NCBI GenBank assembly: GCA_030390025.1
Contig: CM059431.1
Span: 131,566,001 to 131,630,000, forward strand
DNA: 64,000 bases
Reading direction: 5' to 3'
Source of the DNA: Squalus acanthias
Taxonomy: Eukaryota
Positions 1 to 10,574 of the stretch are shown in pieces. Each line of letters opens with the position of its first letter. Position 1 is the first letter of the stretch. The notes beneath the pieces are model-generated. The model was not told the DNA's origin. It saw only the letters and a list, made by a program, of their open reading frames with translations, and made no database searches. Made by a program: the position numbers and the translations under genes.

Positions 1-751
1 GTCACCAGGAGAAAGGGAGCGCTTGGTCATGGGCATCTTGCTAGGGGTCCCCCTTGGGCTGGACGAGGAATGGGAGGAGGGCATGAGGCCAGGCAGAGCA
101 GCACCAGCTGCTGCACGAGAGAGGGTCAGGAGGGTGAGGAGGGCGAGGTAGCATCATTTCCCCCCGGTGGGTACAGGACATCCCTCCTCCTCTGGACCTC
201 CTCCACCGGGACCTCCAGTGCCGTGTCCGAGAACCTGTGTGCCCTCTCCTTCGGCCCCATAGCCATCCTGCAATGTGCTGCTGTGTGTCAGCCAGCCCAC
301 TCCACACCTTTATTGGAATTGGGTGCGAGGAGCCCACATATACTCCACGAAAATTGCATCTAATCAGCACTTGAGTGCTATACCTGCAGATGTCTGGTTT
401 AGAAACCTCCAGGTAAGTTCAAATTAGGGTAATCAGTAATTAGGATCAAAGTTGTGTGCTAAATCAAGACTTTCAAACAGGCGTGTCGTATTAAAATGAG
501 AAGTCGCACAACACCAGGTTATAGTCCAACAGATTTATTTAATTTTACAAGCTTTCGGAGCTATTCGCTCCTTCCTCAGGCGAATAGCTCCGAAAGCTTG
601 TAAAATTAAATAAATCTGTTGGACTATAACCTGGTGTTGTGCGACTTCTCATTTTTGTCCACCCCAGTCCAACGCCGGCATCTCCACATCGTGTCGTATT
701 AACACAGCACCCATTTAGCACCTGTTTTTACCGTTTGGCCAAGATAACCCC
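1..751 (+). mobile_element. Non-autonomous Harbinger deletion derivative, copy 1 (cut by window start, interrupted by a Penelope insertion at 495-689)
   Basis: Colinear with 55753-56271 and with the reverse complement of 1710-2040. Ends in TIR-like aagataacccc. Carries a transposase-like N-terminus (ILLGVPLGLDEEW) on + and a Myb-like N-terminus on -. Confidence 0.8.
495..689 (+). mobile_element. Penelope-like retroelement terminal fragment with inverted duplication and 13-bp TSD
   Basis: Direct repeat cgtgtcgtattaa at 482-494 and 690-702. Perfect 76-bp inverted arms at 493-568 and 580-655. Hammerhead-like core CTGAGGA-aggagc-gaata-gctcc-GAAA on the minus strand. Confidence 0.8.
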
Positions 752-1709
752 TTGTGTGTCGAAAGTATGTTCTGGATGTTTCCATTTTGACAGCTTCAGA
801 TTATGATACTAATGCTGTGTGGGTGATGCTGTAAACAGGAATGCTGCTAATAGATGGTGTCAGGAATATAGTGCTCAGTACGAAGCTGCAAAAATAGAAT
901 GAGGCTGTGCTGCACAGGAGTGGCGAGACTTTCAGTTGTCTCATTAAGACTATCTCCAGAGAGTTTCTCCTTTAGTAGACACAGTGAGCTCAGGGTTGAA
1001 TCTGTTTCCGTATCTTATTATGTTCGTTCTCCCAAAGATGCCAAGGTCACGACTTGTTGTAAATGAATTTTCCCAAAGGCACATTTAATGAAGAGACTGT
1101 TAACTAATTACCAGTATGTTTGGGTTACATTCATTCTTTAATTGACCTGAAAGCATTGGGAACAAAAGACCCTCTAGGATGATGATTTACTCAGAGGACA
1201 AGCAGAATGACTTATTATGTTTGTTTTTGCCTTTGGCTTGTTCTGTAGGACAAGCTAGGTGGAAAATGCGGTGAGTAAAGCATCTTCTGTCTCTTTGGAA
1301 ATCCTACGTTAACAAAAGGAATGCTCACAGTTTTGTTTTTCAATTTTTGTTTCACTTTTTAAAATTCCGTTTAATAATTGCACTTGTCTGAAAAAGAAAT
1401 ACTTTGGCATAGCTTCAATTCGGTTTTGTTTGAAAGAAGTGCCTTTTGTGTTCTGGACATATTTACTTTCATTTTTGCACTTTTGGCAACTGGCATTAAT
1501 TAATAAACAAACCAGTAAATTACAACTTAACATCTCATTACAACTTTTGTTAACAGGATCTGAGAATTTTTTTTATTGGTTAACGTCCACAAGCACATCC
1601 ACGGCACGATGGGGCAACTGACTACACAAGGATGCACAACCAAGTGTAGAAATGCAGTGGTCATAGAGGATTCGATAGACAGGCATTTCTGCAACCGCCT
1701 ACAGACAAT

Positions 1710-2565
1710 GGCTCCACGCACCCACTTCCAGTGAAGGTGGGAGTGGGCTGGCTGACACAAAGTGGCAGGTTTCAGGATGGCTCAGGGACCGGGTGAGAGG
1801 GCACACAGGTATTCGGACACGGTACTGGAGGTCCTGGCGAAGGAGGTCTAGAGGAGGAGGGATTTCCTGTACCTGCAGTGGGGAAGGAGTCCACTTCACC
1901 CTCCTGTCCCTCTCTGCTGCAGCAGCTTGTGCTGCTCTGCCTGGCCTCATGTCCTCCTCCCTTTCCTCTTGCAGACCAAGGGGGACCCCTAGTAAGTTGC
2001 CCATGACCAAGCACTCCCTGTCTCCTGGTGACTCTTATAAGGTGACAACAAGATAGAGTAGCACAGCACTCACTCTTTTTAGGTGAAGTCCTCAGAGAAT
2101 TTCCAGAATGAATGTTGATAGAGTGTTGGTGAAGTCTTGACAAAGTGTCCCAAGAAGTCTTGACAAAGTGTCCCAAAAAGTCTCCTGATGTGTTTCAAAA
2201 GTCCTCTTCAAACCTCCAGCACAAGTGAACAGTAAAAGTTGATATACCTTTAAGTAGCGCTTGAAATCCATATCAACGACTAGTTTACTCCCAACCAGCT
2301 GGTCGCTGTTAGGAGAGGGTGTTAGATCAAGCGCTATCCACCAAAATACCGTGCAGCCTCATTAATGAATGATAGCAGGCAATTTAAGTGGCAATCAGCT
2401 GCTTAACGATCCTCCCAGCAGCCGTTCCTCGTGCAAGCTTCAACTCCTTTACCAAGATGGCGTTTTGCGCTAAACGCGGGCTAAACCATCATTTCAGCTT
2501 AAGACCCCATCTTGGCCACCTCTGAGGCTCTTTAGCACCTAAAATAGCCAGAGAAAATTGCCCTC
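1710..2565 (-). mobile_element. Non-autonomous Harbinger deletion derivative, copy 2 (one end missing)
   Basis: Reverse-complement match to 55241-56075. TIR-like end gaaaattgccctc at ~2553-2565. Has a private 23-bp tandem duplication at 2131-2176. Confidence 0.8.
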
Positions 2566-3105
2566 AGTTTTTTCAGGAGCTAGGGAGGCAACTTCAAAAG
2601 TGGTAGGGGTAAAAATTGGACTCTGTAGCACCTGTTTCTAAGCCGCTACGCGGCCTCCTAACAATCGAAAATTGCGTCCGAGATGGGTGCAAGCTTCTGA
2701 CAGGAAGTGCTCGGATGCCATCTTGGTAAAGGAATTTGTGCGAGCGCACCTAACAACTGATGGCAGCATGCAGAGCAAGCAGAGTCTGATGTCACTCAGT
2801 GTGCAATGCTGATTTGTCACCAACGCTGTTATTTTTGAACAACATGCTCTAGCCTACACCCTGTCTTAACCACGCACAGCTGAACATGACATGAAGCTCC
2901 CCCACCAGCGCTACTTAAAGGGATCATGAAGTTCTTACAGGTTAGCTGCTGAATAATTTTTCTGACTGCTGGTACAGTTACATGCTTTTTTGGAGCTTTC
3001 CGATATTGTCTAAAGTTTCAATAGTCTACAGAGAGTGGTCTGGCTGGTGCTGAAGTACATTTTTGTTGATTTAAAAGCTTGTGCTGAAACAAGTCGCTTC
3101 CAGAC

Positions 3106-4350
3106 ATGGGTGGCCTGGTAGGCCTTCCTCTTAGAGTTGAGCATGACTGGGAGAATGAACAAAGGCCACGCAGAGCAGGAAAAGCTGCTAGAAGTTGGAG
3201 GAGAACGGCTCTCAGCAGGAGGAGAAGGCGGAGGGGGACACGGGCTCTCAGCAGGATACCATATCTGCCAAGGGTCTTTAGCGAGCAATTCTCTTACCTC
3301 AACTTCAGCGAAGACCAATGCCTGAGACGTCTTTGCTTCACTGAAGAGGTTGTCACTGAAATCTTCCAACTGCTGCAGCCACAACTGCAACCTTCAAAGC
3401 AGGGCAAGGACTGCATTGCCTGTGCCGTCAAGGTGGCTCTTAAATTTATGCTCCTTCCAGGCTTCATCTCATTCCCTCTTGCCAGATACAAACAGGCGGA
3501 GCGAGCATGAAAGTTTGCATGGATTGCAGGCTTCTCCATGGTGCAGGGCAATGTTTCCCCTAATTTTGTTTTGGGTGCGCGGCCCCTTTAAGGGGCTGCA
3601 CGGCCCATTCACAGTTTTGCACATGCGCAAAATTTAACATTGAAAAAGCGGGTCCCAGGCTGCGCGGAACTGGCAGAAAGCAGCGTAGCTGTGCAGCTTA
3701 GAGGGAACGTTGGTGCAGGGTGCCATTGATTGCATGCACATTGTCTTGCGTGTGTCTTATGTCAACTCGGCCGTTTTCATGAACTGAAAGGAACTCCACT
3801 CCCTGGTGTGCGACGACAGGCAGCGCATCATGCAGGTGAATGATGGTTATCCTGGGAGTAGTCACGATTCGGTCATTCTGCAGCAGTCCTCTGTGCCAGC
3901 TCTATTTGACCCACCACGGCAAGTCAAAGGCTGGCTACTGGGCGACATTGGTTAGCCAGTGATGACATGGCTCATGACTCCGGTCCAGAACCCACACACA
4001 TGTGCACAGCAGGCATACATTGACAGCCATGCTGCCACAAGGAACATTATAGAGCACACCATCGGCCTCACCAAGCAACGCTTCCATTGCCTGGACCGCT
4101 CTGGAGGAGCCCTGCAGTAATCAGCTGAGCGGGTATCAAGATTTATGTTGGTATGCTGCATGCTGAACAAACTTCCCATTATGAGGGAACAGCCCTTGCC
4201 ACCACCTATCAGGCGAGAAGCTGAGGAGCAGGAGCATGAGGAGGAGGAGGAGGAAGTGCAACAGGAAGTGTAGGAACAGGAAGAGGAAAGGAGGATACAA
4301 TGAAGACAGCCACTTTCTGTCCGGGCTCTATGTGATCAAATAATTAATAA
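3106..4350 (+). pseudogene. Harbinger DDE transposase (HARBI1-like / DDE_Tnp_4), disrupted
   Basis: After removing the 3549-3712 insertion and one TSD it reads AGFSMVQGAIDCMHI...YPGSSHDSVIL...GWLLGDIG*P..WLMTP...HAATRNIIEHTIG..KQRFHCLDRSGGALQ*, followed by an acidic tail. It has several in-frame stops plus deletions or frameshifts. Confidence 0.92.
3549..3712. mobile_element. hAT-superfamily MITE (Tip100-like termini) inserted in the Harbinger transposase
   Basis: Perfect 8-bp TSD gtgcaggg at 3541-3548 and 3713-3720. Imperfect 15-bp TIRs caatgtttcccctaa / ttagagggaacgttg. Confidence 0.9.
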
Positions 4351-4546
4351 GTGATACCAGTAACCACAACCATATCTCCTCAACAGTACCACGCTCCTTA
4401 CCTTTCCACTATTACTGACCATCAAATCGTCCTCTTTCCGACAACACAAAAAATAAAAGCCACCAAAAAATGCACATTCCAATCCAAATTTATAGATTCA
4501 AGTAATGCATACAAAAATAAAATAATCACCCTTCTGCATTCCCTTA

Positions 4547-5268
4547 GGGGGAAAAATTTGTTTGCTTTGCGCCCCCCCGTTAGCGGCTCAAGGGGACGCT
4601 AACGGGGCGCAAAGCAACTAGCTCCCGGGCGCGGCGCCGCTAACGCCTCTCGCGAAATTCAGCAGGAGGTTAGCGGTGGTGGTAGCCGGTAGCGCCCCGT
4701 GGCGCTGTGCCTCCGGCGATGACATCATCGCCGTGCGCAGCGCCCCGGCCGCAAACTTGGCTCGCGCCCCCTGACCGACCGCCGGACACTATGTCCGACA
4801 GGGTCAGGGGGGCGTTTTTGCAGCCGGGGCGGCGATAATTAAAGGGCAGGTGCCGGGCGGCCTTTTTTGGGGGCCGCCTGCCAGCACCTGCCCCCTCTGG
4901 CCTCCTTCTGCGGGGTGCTGGCCGCGATCGGTCAGCCCGACACTCCTCTTGAGCTCTTTTGCCGGCACCCTGCTCCCTGGTGGTCCAGCAGGGCCCCGGT
5001 GCACACTGCGCTAGGCCCCTCCCCTTTAATCAGGGGAAGGAGGCCTGTAGTACAGCGGCATTACGTGCTGGCACTGCTGCACGCAGCGCCGCGATATTCA
5101 ATGGGAGCGCCCCAAGAGAGAAGGGGAGCGCTTCCAGTAGCGTCCCGCCTCCTGCTTGGGCATTACCATTGAATTTTGGGCACGGGGGTGCTAACTTTTT
5201 CGGGGCGCTAAAAGTAGTGCCCCGCTGAAGTTATCGCCTCAAAGGGGGCACGAGCCAATTTTCCCCCC
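4547..5268 (+). mobile_element. GC-rich Harbinger-type MITE, subfamily A
   Basis: TIRs gggggaaaaatt / aattttcccccc. TTA TSD at 4544-4546 and 5269-5271. Colinear with 57416-58089 and 62085-62737. Confidence 0.9.
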
Positions 5269-6392
5269 TTAGTTGCCTGTCTTCCGTGTGCCTTTGCCTC
5301 TCCTAGTGTTTCTACAAGGTGCTTCCCCAGTGGCTGCAGCATGGGTGATGGAAGGCTGCTGACCTCCAATTGAGGAGACTGCAGATGGCCTTGGAGGGCA
5401 ACCTCGAGCAACTCTGGGCCTAGAAGGTCCAGCTTCAGACTGCACCATCGCTGTCTGGGCTGGCTGGCTGATAGGCAACAGCAAGGGCACTGGTGGAGCG
5501 GCAGTGGTGGGAGCAGGAATGCTGTCATCCTGAGAGAGGACAGCAGGTTCGTGCACCATGGAGCGCCTGCCACTCTCCTGGGACGGCGCCTCAGCAATCC
5601 TACTGATCTGTTGGAGAACAGATTGATGGACTGCTGTGACACCCTGGAAGCCTCTTTGAACAGTGGTATCCAGAGCCATGATGACAGCAGTCTGAGCTTC
5701 CACTGCAGCACTCAAACCTTTGATGGAAGCTGTTTGTGCTGCAATGGAGGCTGTGACATCGGCCATTAGATGCTGCATCATGGTGAGTTCCACAGGTGTG
5801 CTGATGGAGGTGACCACTGGGCTCCAAGCTCTGCGCAAAGCCCTGTGCCAAGTTGGTGCTGGACTCCTCCATGCTCCTTGACATTGAGCGCAGGCTTTTC
5901 AGTTTACCAAACATTTTGTCGTGTACACCCATCAGCCTTCTTCTGTACCTGGCCCATTGAAGTCCTCATCTGAGTCCTCTGCAGCAGAACTAGTGTTCCC
6001 TCCGGCGAGCTGGCACCTGTGCAATCCTTTCCCTCCCGCCTTGGATCCTGCGCACTTGTGCCCGATGTCTCACCACGTGCAGATCCCTCCTCTATCCTAG
6101 CTTCTAAAATGCTAGTGGTACAGTTGGTAGGATATGCTATTTGAAGATGACTTTGAAAACTCATGTGAGATCATTAAACCTCTTCCTACACGGCATCCAT
6201 GTTCTTGGAGCAACACTCCTGGCATTGACCCCCGCCGCTACTTCTTCCCACTGCCTCCTCAGCATCTGTCTGGAGAGCCTCCTGCCCCCGCTGTGGATGC
6301 AGGACATCTCTCCTCCGTTCCACCTCTTCCACCAAGACCTTCAGTGCAGCGTCTCAAAACCTTGGTACACGCTCTCTTGCATGTTCAGCCAT
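5269..6392 (-). pseudogene. Harbinger ORF2 Myb/SANT-like DNA-binding protein (NAIF1/MSANTD-like), disrupted
   Basis: From the ATG at 6392 it reads MAEHARERVPRF*DAALKVLVEEVERRRDVL, then after a frameshift RRQWEEVAAGVNARSVAPRTWMPCRKRFNDL. The C-terminal coiled-coil/low-complexity part is ORF 5269..5838. Confidence 0.85.
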
Positions 6393-6734
6393 TGCTCAAA
6401 GTATCAGAGCACAGAATAAGTTTTCAAATGAATCCCACCACTTCTTGCAGCCACAATGCACTTCCCCTTTAAGTGGTGCATGCTGCCTTTAAGTAGAGCT
6501 AGCCACTTGCGATATCGGGCCCCCTGCTGTTGCGTCCAGGCAATTATGTAAAAGAGCAGGCAGCATGAATTGACCCTGCTGCTTGCAACCCAATGAACAG
6601 GCATGGTTTAATCGTGTACCGCGATCCTCATGGGCCCGTTTTCAGGGGTTAGCCAATTTCACACCCCAGAATATCTGGATTACTCCCAGTGCCATGCACT
6701 AGTGCGTATAGGAGCAGTAAGATAAGGTAGGCTA

Positions 6735-7690
6735 ATATGTGGCTGGAGAAATGTTGCAGGAGGGAGGGCTTCGGATTCCTGGGGCATTGGGACCAGTTAC
6801 GGGGCAGGAGGGACCTGTACTAGGTTGACAGGTTGCATCTGAACAGAACTGGGACCAATATCCTCGCAGGGAGGTTAACTGGTGCTGTTGGGGAGGGTTT
6901 AAACTAATTTGGCAGGAGGAGGGGAACCAGGATGAAGCATCAGAGAAACAAGGTGCACAGCGGATTGGGAGAGACAAATAGTAATAGAGTAAAGAATAGT
7001 TCAGATATAAGAGGGATCAGACAGAGAAGAAATGCAAGGCAGACTAAGGTGGGTTTGGAGTGCATGTGCGTAAATGCACGGAGTGTAGCAAATAAGGTTG
7101 GTCAGCTACAGGCAGAAGTTGCCACTTGGGATTATGATATGGTAGCAATAACGGAGACCTGGCTCAAACAAGAGGATAAATGTGAACTAAATATTCCTGG
7201 CTACACTGTATTCATGAGAAATAAGGAAGGTAAAAAAGGAGGGCGGGGGTGGTAGTATTAATCAAAGATACTGTAACAGCCCTGGAAAGGGCTTGAAGGT
7301 TCAAAGCCAGAATCTATTTGGTTAGCGTTATGGAGCAGAAGAAGAGCTGTTACGCTGCTGGACGTTTACTATTGACCACCAAATAGCGGGCAGGAGATAG
7401 AGGAATAAATTTGCAGGTAAATTTCAGAAAGATGTAAAAAACAGTAGAGTAGTGATAATGGGGGACTTCAATTATCCTAACATGTACTGAAGAACAAACA
7501 GTGTAAAGAGCAAGGAGGGGGAGGAATTCCTGAAATGTGTGCAAGAGAACTTTCTTGATCAGTATCTTTCCAGCCCAACAAGGAAGGAAGTAGTGCTAGA
7601 TTAGTGGGGCAAATGGAATAAGTTTCAGTGGAAGAGCATTTGGGTAACAGTGATAACAGTAGCATTAGGTTTTGAGTAGTTATGGGAAAA
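6735..7690 (+). mobile_element. CR1 LINE fragment: end of ORF1 (esterase-like) and APE endonuclease start of ORF2
   Basis: REGFGFLGHWD..LHLNRTGTNIL-like ORF1 end, then LECMCVNARSVANKV...DMVAITETWL and VIMGDFNYP motifs. No RT or 3' end is present. Confidence 0.88.
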
Positions 7691-7694
7691 CAGG

Positions 7695-7825
7695 CTGTAT
7701 TGCATCGGTTGCCCGTTATACGTCCCGCTCAGTTTTTCAGTTCCATTGACTTCAGCTGAACTGAATTTCGGGTGGGGCGTATAACAAGCCGCTTTGCACT
7801 ACCGCCCAAGGTGAATTTCTACCCC
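7695..7825. repeat. Short palindromic MITE fragment
   Basis: Imperfect inverted arms gttatacgtcccgctc...gggtggggcgtataac around a ccattgacttca centre, with a TIR-like end aatttctacccc. A similar fragment lies at ~28701-28800. Confidence 0.5.
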
Positions 7826-8479
7826 TTCATCTCTTTAAAACACACAAGTACTGAGACTTGCTTAACACCATCAACGAAGTAAAAATCCTTGAAAATCACA
7901 ATTCAAGTAATGTAGTTAATCTGTCAAGTCCTGCTGGAGTCTTTTGCAAATTGGCAGCATGAAACGTGATTGCGCCCTATTTTAATAGGACGCAGATGTT
8001 TAATTTATTAGATCTGTTTGTTGCATGTCATTAAAACATGGAGAAAAGATTGCTTTGTGAGAGCTGGAAAAGATTACTTCGCTCAATTGGAAAACAATGC
8101 TGTCTTTTGGTATTTTCTGCTTTTTAAGATGAAACCTTTTCCAAAAGGCTGACTCTGTTCTTCGAAAAAGCCAGAACTGCCAGCTGCAAAAACTTGCTTG
8201 GTGCTCATGGCAAATAAATTGCAGGAATTATAGGGTAAATTCACCAGCGCTATGCTTGAGGAGAAACAGATCAGAGATAGGGGGAACAACCAGTTCTCCA
8301 GCCCACACTCCCTTTCAACGTCACTCCCTGCTGGGAGTATGGAATCAGTGAATTGACATATTTTTCTGCTGCACCATCAATTTTCAATGGCTTTTCATTA
8401 AAAAATTTTAGTATTTAATTTAAGAAATTAACTACCGGTATAAAACGTAGTGACTTACTGGGTATTACAACCACACCCT

Positions 8480-9592
8480 CATTTGGCGCTTACCAAAGTT
8501 ACAAATGACATACTAGTTAACTGTGACATAAGTCAGTCCTTCGACATGTCTGCAGCCTTTGACACGTTTGACCGCACAATTCTGCTCCAATGCCTCTCCA
8601 CCGTTGTCCAGCTGGGTGGGACTGCACTCACCTGGTTCCATTCTTATCTATCCAGTCGTAGCCAGAGAATCACCTGCAATGGTTTCTCTTCCCACTCCCG
8701 CACTGTTACCTCTGGTGTCCCCCAAGGATCTATTCTTGGCCCCCTCCTATTTCTCATTTGCATGCTACCCCTCAGCGCCATCATTCAAAAACACAGCGTC
8801 AGTTACCACGTGTATGCTGACGACACCCAGCTCTACCTCACCACCACTTCTCTCGATCCTTCCACTGTCTCTAAATTGTCAGACTGCTTGTCCGACATCC
8901 AGTACTGGATGAGCAGAAATTTCCTCCAACTTAATATTGGGAAGACCAAAGCCATTGTCTTCAGTCCCACCACAAACTCCGTTCCCTTGCCACCGACTCC
9001 ATCCCTCTCCCTGGCAACTGATGTTATATTTGACCCCGAGATGAGCTTCCTACCACACATCTGCTGCTGAAACCCTCATCCATACCTTTGTAACCTCGAG
9101 ACTTGATTATTCCAACGCACTCCTGGCTGGCCTGCCTAGTTCTACTCTCCGTAAACTTGAGGTCATCCAAAACTCTGCTGCCCATTTCCTAACTCGCACC
9201 AAGTTCTGTTCACCCATCACCCCTGTGCTCACTGACCTACATTGGCTCCCAGTTAAGCAACGTCTCAGTTTTAAAATTCCCATCCCTTTTTGCAAATCAC
9301 TACATGGTCTTGCCCACCCTAATCTCCTCCAGCCCCACAAACTCCCGAGATCTCTGCGCTCCACCAGTTCCGGCCTCCTAAGCATCACTGATTTTAATCG
9401 CTCAACCATTGGTGGCCGTGCCTTCAGCTGCCAAGGCCCTAAGCTCTGGAATTCTCTCCCTAAACCTCTCCGCCTCTCTGCTTCTCTTTCCTCCGTTAAG
9501 ACGCTCCTTAAAACCTACCTCTTTGACCAAGCTTTTGGTCATATGCCGCAATATCTCCTTATGTGGCTCAGTGTCAAATTTTATTTGATAAC
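8480..9592 (+). mobile_element. L2-clade LINE fragment (RT and C-terminal region, internal deletions)
   Basis: [55 protein letters not shown] and LKTYLF motifs. Same family as 58437-60585. Confidence 0.92.
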
Positions 9593-9970
9593 GGCTGACT
9601 TCTTAAAAAGTGTTTGGAAACATTTTTTCATTTATTTACAAATTCATAACTCAGCAATCTAAGGCATAACCCCTTATTGTTGATGTTGTCATGATAAAGA
9701 TGACATGCAGTTGATTTTTCTTTTGCCCCAAACAAAAGGTTTTCCAAATGCTCTTGCATGAAGGCGACGTCCCTTTAAATGAGTAGGCAGTAGTGTTTAT
9801 TGTGAGAAGCCACAAAATTCAATACTTAATTAATTATAATGTATGGAGAAAAGCCTTAAGAAGTAACATGGAAAAGGTAGGGCTATCAGAACATTTAAGT
9901 GTAGGGTTGTTAACTGTCACTCTTTGGTTGGATTGTCCATGTTTTATAGACCAATTCCCACTTTCTATTA

Positions 9971-10574
9971 CAGGAAACTCTTTGGTATCCGGCACCGACG
10001 GGACCGGCGTGGTGCCGGTTGATCAAAAGTTCCGGATAACGGAGAGTTATATCTACCGAGGCTATTTTTAACAAACAAAAATTAAAAAATCAAGAAATGT
10101 GCAGTATACAGTATTTGGGTACTCACCTACAGAATGTTGTGTTAAATGGATGGTGGAAGATGCTTGATTAAGTACAGTACTGCCAGTTGAGGGTAATCCA
10201 TAACTCTTTAATTACTTAACAGTAAAACAAAACTTACACACAGTAAAATGGCCGATCAGAAGAGACTCCCGGCAGCGCGGGAGAATCAGACTCCTGTTAC
10301 TGCAGTGTTCGGACTTCCGACAGCGCCAGGAGGCCGAGTAGTGGCACTTTGGAGAACTACCCCCACTGACTAACTCGGCGTTCGCGGGAGACTCGAACTC
10401 GGCAACATTGCCGGTTATTTGAGAGGAGTTTTCGGAGTACTCGGCGTTCGCGGGAGACTCGGACTCGGACTCGGCAACATTGCCGGTTATTTGAGAGGAG
10501 TTTTCGGAGTATGATTTTTGCCGGTTAAGAGAGAATTCCGGATATTTAGGTGCCGGTTAAACAAGAGTTTCCTG
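9971..10574. mobile_element. Tc1/mariner (pogo/Tigger-like) MITE
   Basis: TA TSD on both sides. ~26-bp imperfect TIRs caggaaactctttggtatccggcacc / ggtgccggttaaacaagagtttcctg. Internal ~66-bp tandem duplication at 10373-10510. Confidence 0.85.

Larger units (their letters stand above)
2606..6667 (+). mobile_element. Decayed full-structure PIF/Harbinger DNA transposon (transposase plus convergent Myb/SANT-like gene)
   Basis: TIRs ggggtaaaaattgg (2606) and ccaatttcacacccc (to 6667). DDE transposase remnant on + and Myb/SANT-like remnant on -, which is the two-gene layout typical of Harbingers. Confidence 0.88.

Noticed and set aside
3106..6392. Domesticated HARBI1/NAIF1-type host genes
   Set aside because: Both frames have stops, frameshifts and insertions, and they lie between TIRs.
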